64,000 nt of DNA from Selaginella moellendorffii (taxonomy: Eukaryota > Plantae > Lycopodiophyta), in contig NW_003314385.1 in the NCBI RefSeq assembly GCF_000143415.4, forward strand, positions 153,296 to 217,295. Reading direction: 5' to 3'. A model generated the notes under the pieces. That model saw nothing but the letters and a program-made list of their open reading frames with translations, was not told the DNA's origin and did not search any database. Below, one piece after another: positions 13,019 through 25,337 of this stretch; position 1 is the first letter of the stretch, and each line of letters starts with the position of its first letter. Position numbers and translations under genes: made by a program.

Positions 13019-14425
13019 TTAACCAGCGTGGAGGACTTTGTGGATGAAGCCTTTGATCTTCCGAGGCGATTCTTTGAAAGCAGCGCGAGCGGTCTCTTTC
13101 ACCTGGGCAGCCTTGCTCCTCACAAGCTCGCCCTCGTCAATCACCGCTCGAAAAGCTCGCTCGAAAGCAATCCTCGGGATTAAACCATCTTCACCATCTT
13201 TCGCTAGTCCCACTCCAATCCCCAAGTGCTCCACAATGATCCGTGCGTTCCCTCGCTGCTCTCCGTAAAACGGCATCGTGATAATCGGAACGCCCCGGCT
13301 TAAGCTCTCCATCGTCGAGTTCCATCCGCAGTGGGTCATAAAACCACCCACGGCCCTGTGCGACAGAACCAAGAGCTGTGGTGCCCATTTCGTCACCACC
13401 ATTCCTGTCTTGTTCGTCGTCGCCCGTTCCAAAAATCCCTCCGGGAGAAACTCCTCGGCACCATTGTGCAGAACCCACAGAAATCTCTTCTCGCTTGCTT
13501 CCAATCCAAACGCTAGCTCTTCGATCTGTTCCCGGTTAGCGCGAGCGAAGCTTCCAAACGAGATGTACACGACGGACGCGGTGGGCTGCTCGTCCAGCCA
13601 TGCCAAGCACTCGACTTTGTCACAGTGTTCACAAGCATCGTCGTCCGCGAAGTAGGGGTCTGGAAGCAAAGGCCCGATATCCATGAAAGGAACCTTGTTG
13701 GGATTTATCATCGCATTCTCGCTCACAGCGATGCATGCCTCCTCCTCGATCGCAGCAAACGTGTTGCACATCACTCCAGCTGCCTCGTGAGCTCGAAGAG
13801 CATTTGTCACGTAGAAATACCGCATCACATCGGGGATTGTCTCTATGACTGGGCTGCTAACTTGGTCGCTCGAGAGTGGCGAGAGTCCAGCCGAATCTAT
13901 CCCGGGTATTCGCACCAGCTCTTGAGCTCGCACAGGAAGCTTGTTTTCGTGTAGCATGCTCTTGACATAGAAATGAAAGGCCAGTGCCATTCCCGGTGAT
14001 GGGTAGAAGATAATCCTGGGAATGTTGAGCTCGTCCGCTACGTCTTGGGCCCAGGAAGCGAGCAAGTTGTCCGTAATGATGCAGCTTATCGGAGGATTAG
14101 CAGCACTGATGAGCTCCTTCAGTTCTACTCCATCTTCGGGATGGAATCTAAAGGACCAGAGAATGACCTGCATCGAGTCGTGCCCCGAGCTCGATTCCTG
14201 CTGCTCTTTGGGTGGGAAGTTTTTTTTGAGCGTCTGGAACTTGATGTGTGGGTTGCATGCTCGTGCTTTGGCCTCTCTCTTCACTTGCTCAAGCCTGAAC
14301 TCGTGACAAACGTAGCTTACCTCGAAATCAAGGCCCGCTAGCCTGCTCGCGAGGACTAAAGCCGGGATCATATGCCCTTGAGCCAAGTAAGGAACGACCA
14401 TCAAGTGAGGCACCTCCTCTCCCAT
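13019..14425 (-). CDS. Family 1 UDP-glycosyltransferase (intronless, 468 aa)
   Basis: N-terminal PYLAQGHMIP (catalytic His) and ITD (Asp). PSPG box WAPQLLVLSHRAVGGFMTHCGWNSTMESLSRGVPIITMPFYGEQ. Confidence 0.96.
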   Translation of the reverse strand: MGEEVPHLMVVPYLAQGHMIPALVLASRLAGLDFEVSYVCHEFRLEQVKREAKARACNPHIKFQTLKKNFPPKEQQESSSGHDSMQVILWSFRFHPEDGVELKELISAANPPISCIITDNLLASWAQDVADELNIPRIIFYPSPGMALAFHFYVKSMLHENKLPVRAQELVRIPGIDSAGLSPLSSDQVSSPVIETIPDVMRYFYVTNALRAHEAAGVMCNTFAAIEEEACIAVSENAMINPNKVPFMDIGPLLPDPYFADDDACEHCDKVECLAWLDEQPTASVVYISFGSFARANREQIEELAFGLEASEKRFLWVLHNGAEEFLPEGFLERATTNKTGMVVTKWAPQLLVLSHRAVGGFMTHCGWNSTMESLSRGVPIITMPFYGEQRGNARIIVEHLGIGVGLAKDGEDGLIPRIAFERAFRAVIDEGELVRSKAAQVKETARAAFKESPRKIKGFIHKVLHAG

Positions 14426-14759
14426 TATTGATCGCTCTCCTTACCCCGGACTTCCTTCTCAACGATCATAAAGGCTTTGAAACAAATGGTGCCAAAGTGA
14501 TCACTGTTGTTCCGGCAGAAACGAAGCAGCACCGCTCGCTCCAAATGTGGACACGAAGCACGCAGCATCGACAAACACGCTAAAACCGGAACGAGGCATA
14601 ACAAACAAAACAAACTTACATACCATCGATAGATGGAATGGAACTCAGAGGAACAGCTTGCGACCGCTGCTGTTAACTTGTGCCACCACCGCGGCACACT
14701 TGTGCAAGTTGTCCACGCCGTGTCAACTAGTCAGCTGGATCCTCTCCCATTACCTTGCT

Positions 14760-16042
14760 CATATCCACCTTGAGTCCTGCCTCATCTTCTAGATCTTCCA
14801 GCAGAGCCTTTTCCAGGTTGTCAGTGAGTATCTCGTCCGAGAGACGAGCTAGCTCCACTTTCTAGTATACTCACAATCATCTCCACAACTTGTTGGTCTG
14901 ACGTATCGAAAGTGGTATCTGAAGTCGCCTGGGGTATACTTTGGCGGCTCGAGACTGAGATAGTTCTTGTCATACGTAAAGACTGTGTGTGATTCCTTCC
15001 TGAGATTGTGCTTGACGGACTCCTCGCACTTGGCCAAGCACCGACCAAAGACGATCTCAACTTTCTCGCAGAGAACTGAAAAGCTGGGCCATCCTGAAGT
15101 GTGGCTCAACACCAAGTTTGCAACCGTGTCCTGGGTAGCAGAGGTAACCACCTGGAAACATATGTCTTCCATCTGGCCACACGCTCCCACGATGGAAGAA
15201 AGTTTGGCAGTTTCACTCCCGCAACAGTGTCAAGATTCTCGCGGCTTGAAAGATAGCTGGCCGAGAGTTCCTCTGAAACTCCTCGTATAGGCGAGGAGTG
15301 TAGTGCATCTGCTGATCACTTCCATCACAAGCTGCTCCAGCTGCTTCTGTACCTTGCGAACAACCTTGTAGTACTCAAACGAAGGATCCGCCGCTTGCTC
15401 CGACCATGTCTTGGACAGGTGCTTGTTCTCTTCAAACAGATATTTTTCCTGCGGTCTGGCTTCTTCGTGGGAGCTCTCATTATCCGTCTTGTTCCGAACG
15501 CAAACGTAGCCCAGCCTGGTGACAACTTTGTTGTAGATACCTTCGGGAGCGCCGTCGACTTTGGTGACCAACGCCAGTGTCCTCTTTCCCTGCTCGTCAA
15601 CTTGCCGAGACATTTGGATCGACTCGCAGGTCGAAAAGTCTGTTGGCCGGCTGATCATCAACTGGCACTCAGGTGATTCCTGGCAAATCTGGAGCATCCG
15701 CCTTGTTAAGGATATCGGCTTGTTGACAATATTCTTAGATAGCAAGCTCGGAGGTCGCCGCATTGATCGCGTCTGGTATCTCATCCTCGTTGATGGTGAA
15801 AGAGCTCTTACCATCATACTCGATACTGATAACCTCCTCCGACTCATTGTCCGCTTTCTGGAGCCTGAGCACCAAAGGAGATCGTGTCACGATTCCCTCT
15901 CCATCCGACAAACTTAAGCCGGCAAGGGAATCGACTTCCCACTGGATATCACCAACATTCTTCCATGACGTCCATGGACCTCACCTTGTCCACCGCGTCA
16001 AGCGAAGTGTTGAATGAAGCATGGATAGGACGCCGAAGCCAT
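14760..16042 (-). pseudogene. DRP4/Mx-like dynamin pseudogene, near full length (copy C)
   Basis: Broken G1/G2 region (SSGKS..SLAGLSL..GEGIVTRSPLVLRLQ), ESIQMSRQVDEQGKRTLALVTKVD, LGYVCVRN. Many microdeletions. Confidence 0.85.
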
Positions 16043-16286
16043 TCGAAAAGAACCTGTGGACCGCAAAGATTTGAAGATCATATATACAGAGTGAGTTGTC
16101 CATTGATCTTCAATCTTCGATCGCCAAAAGACCAAAAGCCAGTCACCAAAGGAGTGCGCGAATGCTCGCGACCTTCATTTTAAATCGAGCCATCCAGTAA
16201 AAATAAAAGAAAGAAAAGAGTAAGCACAATTTAGAAAGCTAAGTAAAACAACGAACCTTGGGTAGAGGTCAATCGACTGTTGCCGC

Positions 16287-17960
16287 TTAATCCACTTCTT
16301 CCCATGCACTCACAGCCTCGAAAAGCACACTCTTCACATGTTTCGCAGCTAGGCCACATCCAAAACACGCGTTCGAAAAACCAACATAGTGAGCAGCACT
16401 ATCGGAGTCCCACTCGAGAACGAGCCTTGCAACTTGCAGGCCCGTGTCGGCATCCCCATGAACTTGGCATGCTGCAAGTAGGATGCTGCTGGCAATCACA
16501 CGAGACTCCCAAGACAGCAGCTCCTTGCTCAGTGCTTCGGCTTGCTCCAGCCATCCAAGCTTGGCGAATATGTCCACCATGCACACGACATGCTTTTCGG
16601 TGGGTTGTATCCCATAGTCGTGTTCCATCGAGCTGTAGAAGAGCAACGCTTCGTGTAGAAAACCAGATTGACTGCACGCCGAGAAAACGCTGATAGACGT
16701 GATCGCGTTGGGCTTGAATCCTTGCTGCAGCATTCTTCTCAGGAGGTTTAAAGCTCGGATGCTATCACTGCCTTGAGCATAAACTCCTACCATGGCGGAC
16801 AAGGAAACTACGTCTAGACATTTCATGCGGCCAAAGATGATTTCGGCCTCGTCCACACAGCCAAGCTGTCCATACATTTTCACAAGAGCTGTAAACACCC
16901 TGTTGCTGGACGAGCTTTCGTCGAGGGCTGATGTGAGTCTGGCATGGATTTCTCGCCCCCAAACAAGTGCTCCTACGCTTCCACAAGCCTCCAGCACCGC
17001 AACATAAGTTACCTGGTCTGGCTCGAGCTCCATTTGGTGGAAGACATCCAGAGCCAGCATTGGCTCACCGTTTTGGACGTAAATAACGATAATCGTGGTC
17101 CAGGTAACCACGTCCCTGGAGGGCATTCGATCGAAAACCTCTCTTGCTTCGTTCAGACAGCCGCATTTGCCATACATGTTGATAAGTGCGTTGGCAACTG
17201 CAACGAGCTCCTCAAACTTTGATAGAGCAGCTAGCTCGTGAATCTCTTTGCCTTGGTCGATGTCTTCAGCCACGGCACAAGCATCAATGATCACAACAAA
17301 CGCGCGGCTGTCGAGGAAAGCCCGCCCTAGCAGCATTTTCTGGACGACATCAATAGCCTTCCTGTAATGCCCGTTTTGGGCATATGCTGCAACCATAGCT
17401 GTCCATGACGCAGGATCTCTGTGCTGCATTTCTAAGAACACTCTTTCGGCGCTTCCAACATCGCCACATTTGCCATAAAGAACGATAAGCGCATTTCCTA
17501 CGTACTCGAACAGTACGTGGCTAGTATCCATTGCGGCGTGAATTAATCTTCCGTCAGCAATGCTGCCAGCGCTGGAGCACGCGTGTAGAACGATGCTGAG
17601 GGTAAATTCGTTTGGGCGCACTCCATCGTGGTGCATTCTCCGGAAGAGCTGGATCGACTGGTGGTAATGCCCATTGCGGGCATATGCTGCGATCATGATT
17701 GACCACGAGTAGACGTTCCTGCAGTGGATCCGCTGGAACACTTGTAGAGCGGAGTCGAGGCAGCCACACTTCCCATACATGTCCACCAGGAGGTTCCCAA
17801 GCACCGTCTCGCGATCCATGCCTGCAGCGGCGATCTGCTTATGGAGACGCTTGCCCTCCGCCAGGGATTGCGAGGCGGTGCAGCGCCGCACAAGCCGCGA
17901 CCACGCAAATGCCTCCTCCGCTGGATGGGGTGGTGGAGACCGAGTCCCATTGTGTAGCAT
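16287..17960 (-). CDS. PLS-class PPR protein with E domain, no DYW (557 aa)
   Basis: Repeated GN.L.DMYGKCG / SW..MI.AYA.NG motifs. C-terminal LLAACQVHGD...HYVGFSN. Confidence 0.92.
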   Translation of the reverse strand: MLHNGTRSPPPHPAEEAFAWSRLVRRCTASQSLAEGKRLHKQIAAAGMDRETVLGNLLVDMYGKCGCLDSALQVFQRIHCRNVYSWSIMIAAYARNGHYHQSIQLFRRMHHDGVRPNEFTLSIVLHACSSAGSIADGRLIHAAMDTSHVLFEYVGNALIVLYGKCGDVGSAERVFLEMQHRDPASWTAMVAAYAQNGHYRKAIDVVQKMLLGRAFLDSRAFVVIIDACAVAEDIDQGKEIHELAALSKFEELVAVANALINMYGKCGCLNEAREVFDRMPSRDVVTWTTIIVIYVQNGEPMLALDVFHQMELEPDQVTYVAVLEACGSVGALVWGREIHARLTSALDESSSSNRVFTALVKMYGQLGCVDEAEIIFGRMKCLDVVSLSAMVGVYAQGSDSIRALNLLRRMLQQGFKPNAITSISVFSACSQSGFLHEALLFYSSMEHDYGIQPTEKHVVCMVDIFAKLGWLEQAEALSKELLSWESRVIASSILLAACQVHGDADTGLQVARLVLEWDSDSAAHYVGFSNACFGCGLAAKHVKSVLFEAVSAWEEVD

Positions 17961-18029
17961 TCAGGGTATCTTGCGATGGATAGATCGAGGGGATTTGCAT
18001 TGGGCGATCCAACAAATGTGGGCTTGATG

Positions 18030-18300
18030 ATCTTCACTCCACTCTTGCTTGCTAAACCGGTGTGATCATGCCACCGCCAACGCCCAACCAGCTTAACACG
18101 CAACTTCCCGGCCTCGTCAACTTGGCTGACAAGCTTGGACGAGTCTATGTCGCGGATGGGAGCCCCACGCTTGTGGATGCACTCCATTGCCTTGAGAGTC
18201 TCGCCCTCCTCACTTACGATGAGTTTCGAAGGTTGCTCGAGCTCGCTGACTACGTTCTCGTGTAGCAGTCCACCTCCGTGACAAGCTTGGCGAGAGCGTG
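18030..18300 (-). pseudogene. Possible protein kinase fragment (related copy near 12240-12420)
   Basis: AMECIHKRGAPIRDIDSSKL...GKLRVKL resembles a degenerate kinase subdomain VI-VII. Confidence 0.35.
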
Positions 18301-18996
18301 ACTGATAACTTGCCGCCCAGTCCAGCGTCGCTCGAACGGCGAACACCGTCTGGTAGCGTCTCCACCTTGCTCTCTCGAGTCCTCGAGATCCGGGAGCTCT
18401 GAGCAACACAAGGTCGTCGACAAGGCAGTCACGGGCGATGGGAGATCTCAGTCGAGCTCCTCAAATTCTCAAGAACCCTAAAAATGCAGGAACCTGCAAA
18501 TGGAACAAGCATCGAATGAGGGAGGCGCTCACGTCGCTCACCCAATGAGACGAGTCATGGGCGATTACCTTGAGGTGCGTGGAGTGGAGTTCTTGGATCA
18601 AAAAGACATTTTGCTCTTTCTTGCAGCAAATGGGAGCCAGGTCTTGTTTGACATTCTTCCACCCAGGAGCAGCATTGGAGGGGCATTGGTTTGGAGCACA
18701 AGATCTTGAGGACTCCATCCCCAAGCAGCTGGAGATTTGGCAGAGGCAAGGAAGGGGGCCTTGCCTTGAATGCTGTCTGTGGTGTTGTGGGGCCTTGCTT
18801 GGAAGAGCGAGTCTTGTCAACACTGGCGCGTTGCTGCCGCTGCCAACCAATTCCTCCACGATGGATGAAATGAATGAATGAGGAGGGAGGACGGCAAAAG
18901 AATTGATTTTCACCGACGGTTGCAATGCAAAGAGCTGGATGGCCCACGAACGACACCACCATGCTACCTATCTATCTATCTTCTCTCCAACAAAGC

Positions 18997-19002
<6 letters not shown>

Positions 19003-19049
<47 letters not shown>
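19003..19049. repeat. (GA)n microsatellite
   Basis: About 23 perfect GA units. Confidence 0.95.
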
Positions 19050-19050
<1 letters not shown>

Positions 19051-19771
19051 AAGATAGAGCGGAAGACGAGATGGATCAAAGCTTTCCGACACTGACGCTC
19101 CAACAACGTGGGGCCGGCTGGGCTGGCGGGCCTCGGAACGGGATCGCGAAATGGTACCGAGGAAGGACAAGCTCCAACGTAGAAAATGGAGGTGAGCCAT
19201 TGTTTTTGTGGAGGGACAGCGATGTTGCTACTAACTTTTCTCCCTTTCCTAATGTTGGACAGCTCAGTCGCGGTGTGACCCGAATGATCGACGCAAAGTT
19301 TCCAGCCTCCTCTTCGCCTTTCTTCCTTGTGGGGGCTGCCAGCTTCAGAGCAAAGCGCTGCACCAACAAAAGCACATCTCAGTGCGTGCTGATGCCAGGC
19401 ACCTAACTCGCTGTTGCTCTTCTCGTCGCTCGAGGAGGAAGGAGCACGCACGCACGCACGGCGATGGATGCGCTGCGGCCCTAGGCGCAGCCATTTGGTG
19501 AGCCATTGCAGTCTGCCTGCTACTCATTCTCACTCTCTTCAAATGATTCTTTCGCAGCGCTTGCAACGTGATGCCAGGCCAGTCCCAACTGATCGTCCAC
19601 AATTGTGGGATGGCAAGGAACGAGCACTCGCGTGGCTCAGCTCCAGTTGAGTGAGAATTGGTCTTGCAAGCAAGGCTTTTGTTCATCCGTGGCTTTTGCG
19701 TGGTGTGTAAACAGGGATAGTCGCACTCGGGCTGCTCGACTTGCTTGCTTGCTTGCTACTGATCGAGGAAG

Positions 19772-22721
19772 ATGGCATGGACGTGGAAGAAACGGTACTC
19801 GGATAGAAATGGAGACGCGGTGATCAGCAGCACCTCGCACCTCCCACCGAGTCCAAATAATGTGAGTCATCACGAGCGAGCAAAAGGACACTCTTTTTTT
19901 CTCAATTCTCTTGCGCACTCTCTTGCACAGGGTGATCATGCGAGGATCTCCGAGGCATGGACGCAAGCACCATCGGAGTTGGCTCTCAAGGTGAAGGAGG
20001 CCGAAGTGAAGCAGCATGCTAAAGTCGCCGAAGAAGCTGTCGCAGGTAGCGTCTTCTTTATGTCCGTCTTTGGCGAATTCGTTCTGAAAACTCCATCTCC
20101 ATTTCGATTTCAATGCAGGATGGGAGAAGGCGGAGGCCGAGACGGAGTCCATGAGAAGGCAGCTGGAGCTCGTCCAGAAAGAAAAAGCCGCACAGCAGGA
20201 GCGTCTCTCGCACTTAGATGCGGCGCTCAAGGACTGCACGCGCCAAGTGCGACTTGTCAGAGAGGATCAAGAGCAAAAACGACAAGAGCTGCTGCACAAG
20301 AAAAACAAGGAGGTGGACAAAATCCGAGCCGAGTATGAGGCCAAGTTGGCAGACGTTGGGCGACAGCTGCTAGAGGCGGGGGCAGAGAACAAGGTGATGG
20401 CGATGACGCTCCAGGAGCATGCTAGAACAATCGGGGAGGTGACAGATGCCAAGTCCCGAGCCGAGGCGGAGATCAAACTGCTGCAGCACCGCATGGAGTC
20501 GGTTGAGAAGGAGAAGGGAGCGCTCAAGTACGAGGTGCATGTCCTCAACAAGCAGATACAGATACGAAACGAGGAGCGAGACTACAGCAAGCGAGACATC
20601 GAAGCTCTCAACAGGCAGCACGCGGAGGACACAAAGGTGATGAACAAACTGGAGGCCGAGTGCCAGAAGTTGCGGATTCTGGTCAGGAGGAAGCTCCCTG
20701 GTCCCAATGCTCTAGCGCAGATGAAGATGGAGGTGGAGAGCCTAGACGGGGGTGGCGAAAGCAAGAGAAGGGGTACTAGGAGCTCCACAGAAACTAAGCT
20801 GCATCAGAATGGTAGCCGGGAGATCGAGCTGCTTCTTGAGAGGTTGCTGTCCATGGAGGAGGAGACGAAGATGCTCAAGGAGGCACTGGCTCAGCGGAAT
20901 GGCGAGCTTCACTCCTCTCGGCTTATATGCGCCAAGACGGCAACCAAACTGTCAGCCATGGAAGCGTACTTCGACAGCGTTTCACGAACGCATGGACTGT
21001 CCAAGCCGAAAGTCAATGGCATCGACGCGGACTGCTCGCCTAGTGTGGTAACGGTCTCGGAGAATGGCACTGCGGACGATGAAGTTAGTCGTGCGGATGC
21101 TTGGGCTTCTGCACTGATTGCGGAATTGTCACAGTTCAGGAAGGACAAACCGTCACCAAACAGCATGACAAGCGAAGCCATCAGCTCTCCATCAACCTTT
21201 GGCGGCATCATGGATGACTTCACGGACATGGAGAAACTGGCATCCGAGTTAACGAGCGAGAAAGCTTCTCTTGATGAAGTAACAATCATGGAAGTCCCCG
21301 CGGCAAGGAAGCTGGAACAGGATTTCGAGAAGGCAGAAGGAGCGCTCAAGCCACAGGTTATTCAAGATGGTGGAGGCAAAGAAGTGACGGAGCTCCAACT
21401 CTCGATAAGCAAGGTGGTGGAATCTCTTGCGGGGTCCCTCGGTCTTCTATCGCCTGGGGATAATTCGGAAATGATCATAGATGGTGGACTGGAAGCCAGG
21501 CTCCAGAAAATGAGTCCACAGCCGAGTGTGGAACCGGCACCATCGTTGCAAGAGTTTGTCAGCGAGCTCCTTGGAGCGTTGGAGATTATATCGTCCGCAG
21601 TTAGCAGCAAGAAGCACAGGTCCAGTGCGGTTGAAGTCCTCGACTGCGAGACCCAGACGTGCAATGGCGATGACAAGCTGGAGCTTGAACTGGTCCGCAT
21701 TGAGAAGAACGCTCTCGAGAGCCACATGAAGTCCGAGCTTAGTCGCCTGACAGCTATGGAAGGCGAGGTGCTCCAGCTGAGAAGCGACAAGGTCCAGCTG
21801 CAGCAGGGCCTAGATGCGGGGAATCAAGAGCTTGAAGCATCCAAAGCTCAGCTCCAGGAGGCACAGCATCTCATTCAGGAGCTACAAACAAAGCTCTCTC
21901 TTTCAGTACCGGACGGGACCAAGGAGGAGGCCATGGTTGTCACTGAAGTGGAATCTCAGGTTCGATCCAGCGGTTCATTAATGCAAGATGCGGTGTCACG
22001 GCTAGAGAAGGAGCTCGAAGAAGAATACAAGCACCATGAAGAAGACAAAGCAAGGAGGTGAGTTTCTTTCTCTCTCTCTCTCTCTCTTTTTTTCTATCTT
22101 TCTCTTTTGATACGACAAAGGTGTGTCAGTACGATTCAGGAAACTGATGGTTTGCAGTTGCAGGAAAGAGCAGCAGGAGAGTGCGGTGCAAGCGGAGGAA
22201 GCCGAGGACGACAGGCGGACACGAAAGGTTCGTTTCTTTGAATATTTTAACAGGATTGTCAAATCGAGAAACGCCCGTGCCTGGCTTTCGTGCTGCAGGG
22301 GGAAGAGATTGCCGAGGCCGAAGCGAAGCTAGCCGAGTGCCAGAAAACCATCCTCGCTCTTGGCAAGCAACTCAAAGTCCTGTCGTCGTCACCTCGCCGG
22401 GAGGCGAACACGAACACGAGCACGAACGCTGACTCCATAGTTGGGTCGTCGAGGGCCAACTCGATGCTCTCAGTCTTGCGAAACTTCTCGGAGAGCGACC
22501 CCGAGGAGGAAATGGTCTCTCGCGACGTGACCATTGCAACACCAGTGAACGAGTCCTACATTCCGACGCTACGCCAGGATCATGACGAGGAACAGGACGC
22601 TGGCTTCCCACCTTCGAGCCCGCTGATGATGCAGCGAGGGGGTGCCGGCTCGAGCTCCCCGGCCACGAAAGCCAGACGATCGAGCTTCTCGCGGTTTTTC
22701 AGAGCCAAGAACAGTGCGTGA
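19772..22721 (+). CDS. Filament-like plant protein (FPP/DUF869 coiled coil); exons 19772-19861, 19931-20045, 20119-22057, 22164-22227, 22299-22721
   Basis: W.WKK N-terminus, KQHAKVAEEAVAGWEKAE after splicing, KLEAECQKLRILVRRKLPGP, WASALIAELSQF, KLAECQKTILALGKQL. GT-AG junctions keep the frame. Confidence 0.93.
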
Positions 22722-23253
22722 CTTGGAGTGGAGTGGAGTGGAGTGGATAGACGAAGAACAGAAACAAAGTTGGCCGGGGCAGTCTAGAACGGGGTGTACA
22801 GTGTGGATGGCGATGGAGTTTTGGAGATTTTTGGCATGGCTTGGCTTGCACTGCTCGTCCAGGTAGCAAGCAACGAGAAAAAAAGCGAATCATCAAGCGC
22901 ACTCTCGCTGGCGGGGGGGTGAGAGGGGCAACTTTGCTTGAGCTTTGGGACAAGTGAAGCTTACTACTTCTTCGCTCCTTGCTCTTTGTTCTACGCAACT
23001 CACTCTTTTCTCCCTCCCTTCCTTGTGGCCTGCCAAGTGTGGCGCGTTTAAGGCAATGCCGGTGAGGAGGACGGGCGAGGGCTGTAGATGGTTGACCGGG
23101 CGGCCGGCGACCGTTGACCATCCCAACGCGCATTCCACTACTTGTGGGCGCAACGCAAGCGCACCGGGTCTCGCGGCTATGGATACCTGGATGGGATCGA
23201 TTTGACTGGGTAAAGGAGGAATCCAACAGTGGAGGGAGAGGTATAGCTATGCA

Positions 23254-25337
23254 ATGAGGAAGAAAAAGGAGGAGGTGGAAGTGGTGGTGGTCTTGCTGCT
23301 GGTGGCGGCGGTGGTGGCGAGCCTGGGAGATTTATCCCAGGACAGAGATGCGCTGCTAGATTTTTACAATGCAGTTGGGAGCGCGAGCAGCAACCGGCGG
23401 CTGGGCTGGAACAGGAGCGCTGGCGCGGGTCCCTGCGATTGGCGCGGGATCGAGTGCTCCTCCACTGGAATCACCAGGATTCGACTGCCCGGGGTGGGTC
23501 TCGCTGGAAGCGTCCCTCCCGGTAGCCTCTCCTCGCTGACGAGCTTGCGGGTTCTCAGCCTCCGCTCCAACCGGCTGGGCGGTCCCTTCCCCGATCTCCG
23601 CAACTGTTCCCAGCTCCGCGCGCTCTATCTCCAGGACAATCGCTTCTCCGGCCGGCTCCCCCCGGATTTCAGCCTGTGGCCGCAGCTCCTCCACATCAAT
23701 CTCGCCTACAACGCGCTCAATGGCAGCATTCCCACCTCCATCAACAGCCTCACTCGCCTCACCACGCTCAACCTCGAGAACAACACGCTGTCCGGGGGCC
23801 TGGCGCCGGAGCTCTCCCTCCCCAGGCTGGTGAGATTCAGCGTCGCCAACAACAATCTCTCCGGCCCAGTGCCACAGCGCCTCCAGGGATTCTCCTCGGC
23901 CGCCTTCGATGGCAACGTTCTCATCTGCGGCCCTCCACTCAGCAACAATCCCTGCCCCATCACCGCTGCCCCTCCGGCCATCACCCCGGGCATCCCGCCC
24001 CCGGGAAGAAGAAGACGCTCCAGAGGCCTCAGCTCGGGCGCCATCGCTGGAATTGTGCTGGGAAGCATCGCCGCGGCCGTGGTCGCCGCCCTCCTCTGCT
24101 GCTTGCTCGTCGCGAGATCCCGGCGGCAAAGGCGAGCCACTGGAGGAGGAAACAGGCATGTGACAGTAAGAGCTCGAGCTCAATCCAGCTTCAAGCCCAG
24201 CGCCGGGGCGGTGGCGGCTGGCGGATCAGGAGGAGATCACGCGGGCGATTCCACGTCCAAGGAGGAGGATCTGTCCAGCTCCCTCCAGGGCGATCAGCTG
24301 GTGGGCAGCAAGCTCGTGTTCTTGGACCCGGCCAGGAGGGGCTCGTTTGATCTCGAGGACTTGCTGCGAGCGTCGGCCGAGGTTCTTGGCAAGGGCAGCA
24401 TTGGAACCACGTACAAGGCAGTGCTCGAGGATGGCAGCATTGTGGCGGTGAAGAGGCTCAAGGACGTGACCGCGCCTCCCTCGCAGTTCGAGCACAACAT
24501 GCAACTCATTGGAGGTCTCCGCCACCGGAATGTGGTGCCACTCCGAGCTTACTACCACTCCAAGGACGAGAAGCTGCTCGTCTCGGACTACATGCCGCGA
24601 GGGAGCTGCTCGGCTCTCCTCCACGGTAAGTTTTCTCAAGTTCTTCCAAAGTTCTTCCAAGAGAAAAGGTGGTGAGCAAGCTGCAAAATGGGATCTTTGC
24701 AGGGAACAGAGGAGCTGGGAGGAGTCCCCTGGATTGGCCATCGCGTCTCCGGATCGCCGACGGCGCTGCGAAGGGTCTGGCATACATCCACGAGCAAAAC
24801 GGCGGCACGTTCGTTCATGGCAGCATCAAATCGTCCAATGTGCTGCTGGCCAAGGACTTCGAGGCGTGTGTGTCGGACGCCGGGCTCGCGCATCTCCTCA
24901 CCACCAACGCCGCCGCCACCTCGTCGCGGATGCTCGGCTACCGGGCGCCCGAGGTGCTGGAGACGCGCAAGGTGACGCAAAAGTCGGACGTTTACAGCTA
25001 TGGAGTGCTGCTGCTGGAGCTGCTCACTGGGCGAGCCCCGACGCAGGCGTCGCTTACCGACGAGGGGATTGATCTGCCGCGATGGGTCCAGTCGGTGGTG
25101 CGCGAGGAGTGGACGGCCGAGGTGTTTGATCTGGAGCTCATGCGCTACCACAACATCGAGGAGGACCTGGTGCAAATGCTGCAGCTAGCTTTGAGTTGTA
25201 CGTCGGTGGCGCCGGAGCAGCGGCCCAGCATGAGGCAAGTGGTGGAGACGATCGAGCAGCTGAGGCGTGCCAGCAGTAGCGATGGTGGTGGTGGCGGCGG
25301 TGGTAGTGGTAGTGGCACTGGCGAGGACACATCCTGA
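23254..25337 (+). CDS. LRR receptor-like kinase, subfamily III (RLK902/RKL1-like, probably catalytically inactive); intron 24626-24701
   Basis: Signal peptide, LRRNT, about 5 LRRs, TM, FDLEDLLRASAEVLGKG, HGSIKSSN (no catalytic Asp), SDAG, VVREEWTAEVFD. Confidence 0.95.

Noticed and set aside
18461-18962. Several 60-150 aa ORFs
   Set aside because: No recognisable motif or consistent splice structure.
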